Source: Octopus vulgaris (lineage: Eukaryota). Taken from it: a DNA stretch of 64,000 nt. Positions within the stretch are counted from its first letter, which is position 1. Each line of letters begins with the position of its first letter. Positions 63,700 to 64,000 of the stretch are shown piece by piece. Both the position numbers and the translations under genes were made by a program. Where the stretch lies: positions 22,878,001 to 22,942,000 of the forward strand of contig OX597834.1 of assembly GCA_951406725.2 (NCBI GenBank). The letters run 5' to 3'. The notes under the pieces were generated by a model. That model made no database searches and was not told where the DNA came from. It saw only the letters and a program-made list of their open reading frames with translations.

Positions 63700-64000
63700 T
63701 CTCCAATGTTAAAGCCAAAAATATTTAGCTTTATTCCATTATTTAAATCATGACCCATTCCATTGTTGAGAAAAATACGTAACATTTGACACAGAATATA
63801 GAATATAGGAACGAATTTCAAAAAGATAGATTATGTACATACACTGTTTGTTGAAGAATATACAAGATTGAATGTATAAAAGACAAACACTATATACAAG
63901 ACATCATAATTTTATCCTGATGTGTTCTGCACTTTTATTTCTCAATTATTTTCACACAACATCCAATAAATTCATTCTATGTCTTTCCTTAGGAAATATG
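63700..64000 (-). other. 3' UTR of a tenth ZNF paralog lying beyond the right edge
   Basis: Colinear with the ZNF-G/H 3' UTR (45955-46385), including AATAAA at 63730-63735. Confidence 0.7.

Overview
AT-rich animal genomic DNA, most likely from an octopus (coleoid cephalopod), judged from the SINE/LINE repertoire and the zinc-finger gene style. The window is a tandem cluster of nine C2H2 zinc-finger (ZNF) genes, here labelled A-I. Each carries its whole finger array in one coding exon. The 3' UTR of a tenth gene appears at the right edge, and an orphan promoter with first exon lies at about 25 kb. Most genes share a CCAAT/NRF1/ETS composite promoter, a non-coding exon 1, a homologous 5'-UTR intron and a conserved ~30-aa N-terminal leader that is not KRAB. 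Birth-and-death evolution is visible: a hybrid gene made by recombination inside the finger array, whole-finger loss, frameshifts, a lost start codon and decayed fingers in 3' UTRs. Intergenic and intronic DNA holds remnants of tRNA-SINEs, CR1 and RTE LINEs, Penelope-like elements, Gypsy, mariner, Merlin and MITEs. Several minimal hammerhead-ribozyme-like motifs are present, two of them with compensatory changes in the C3-G8 core pair. All calls were made by eye and repeat boundaries are approximate.
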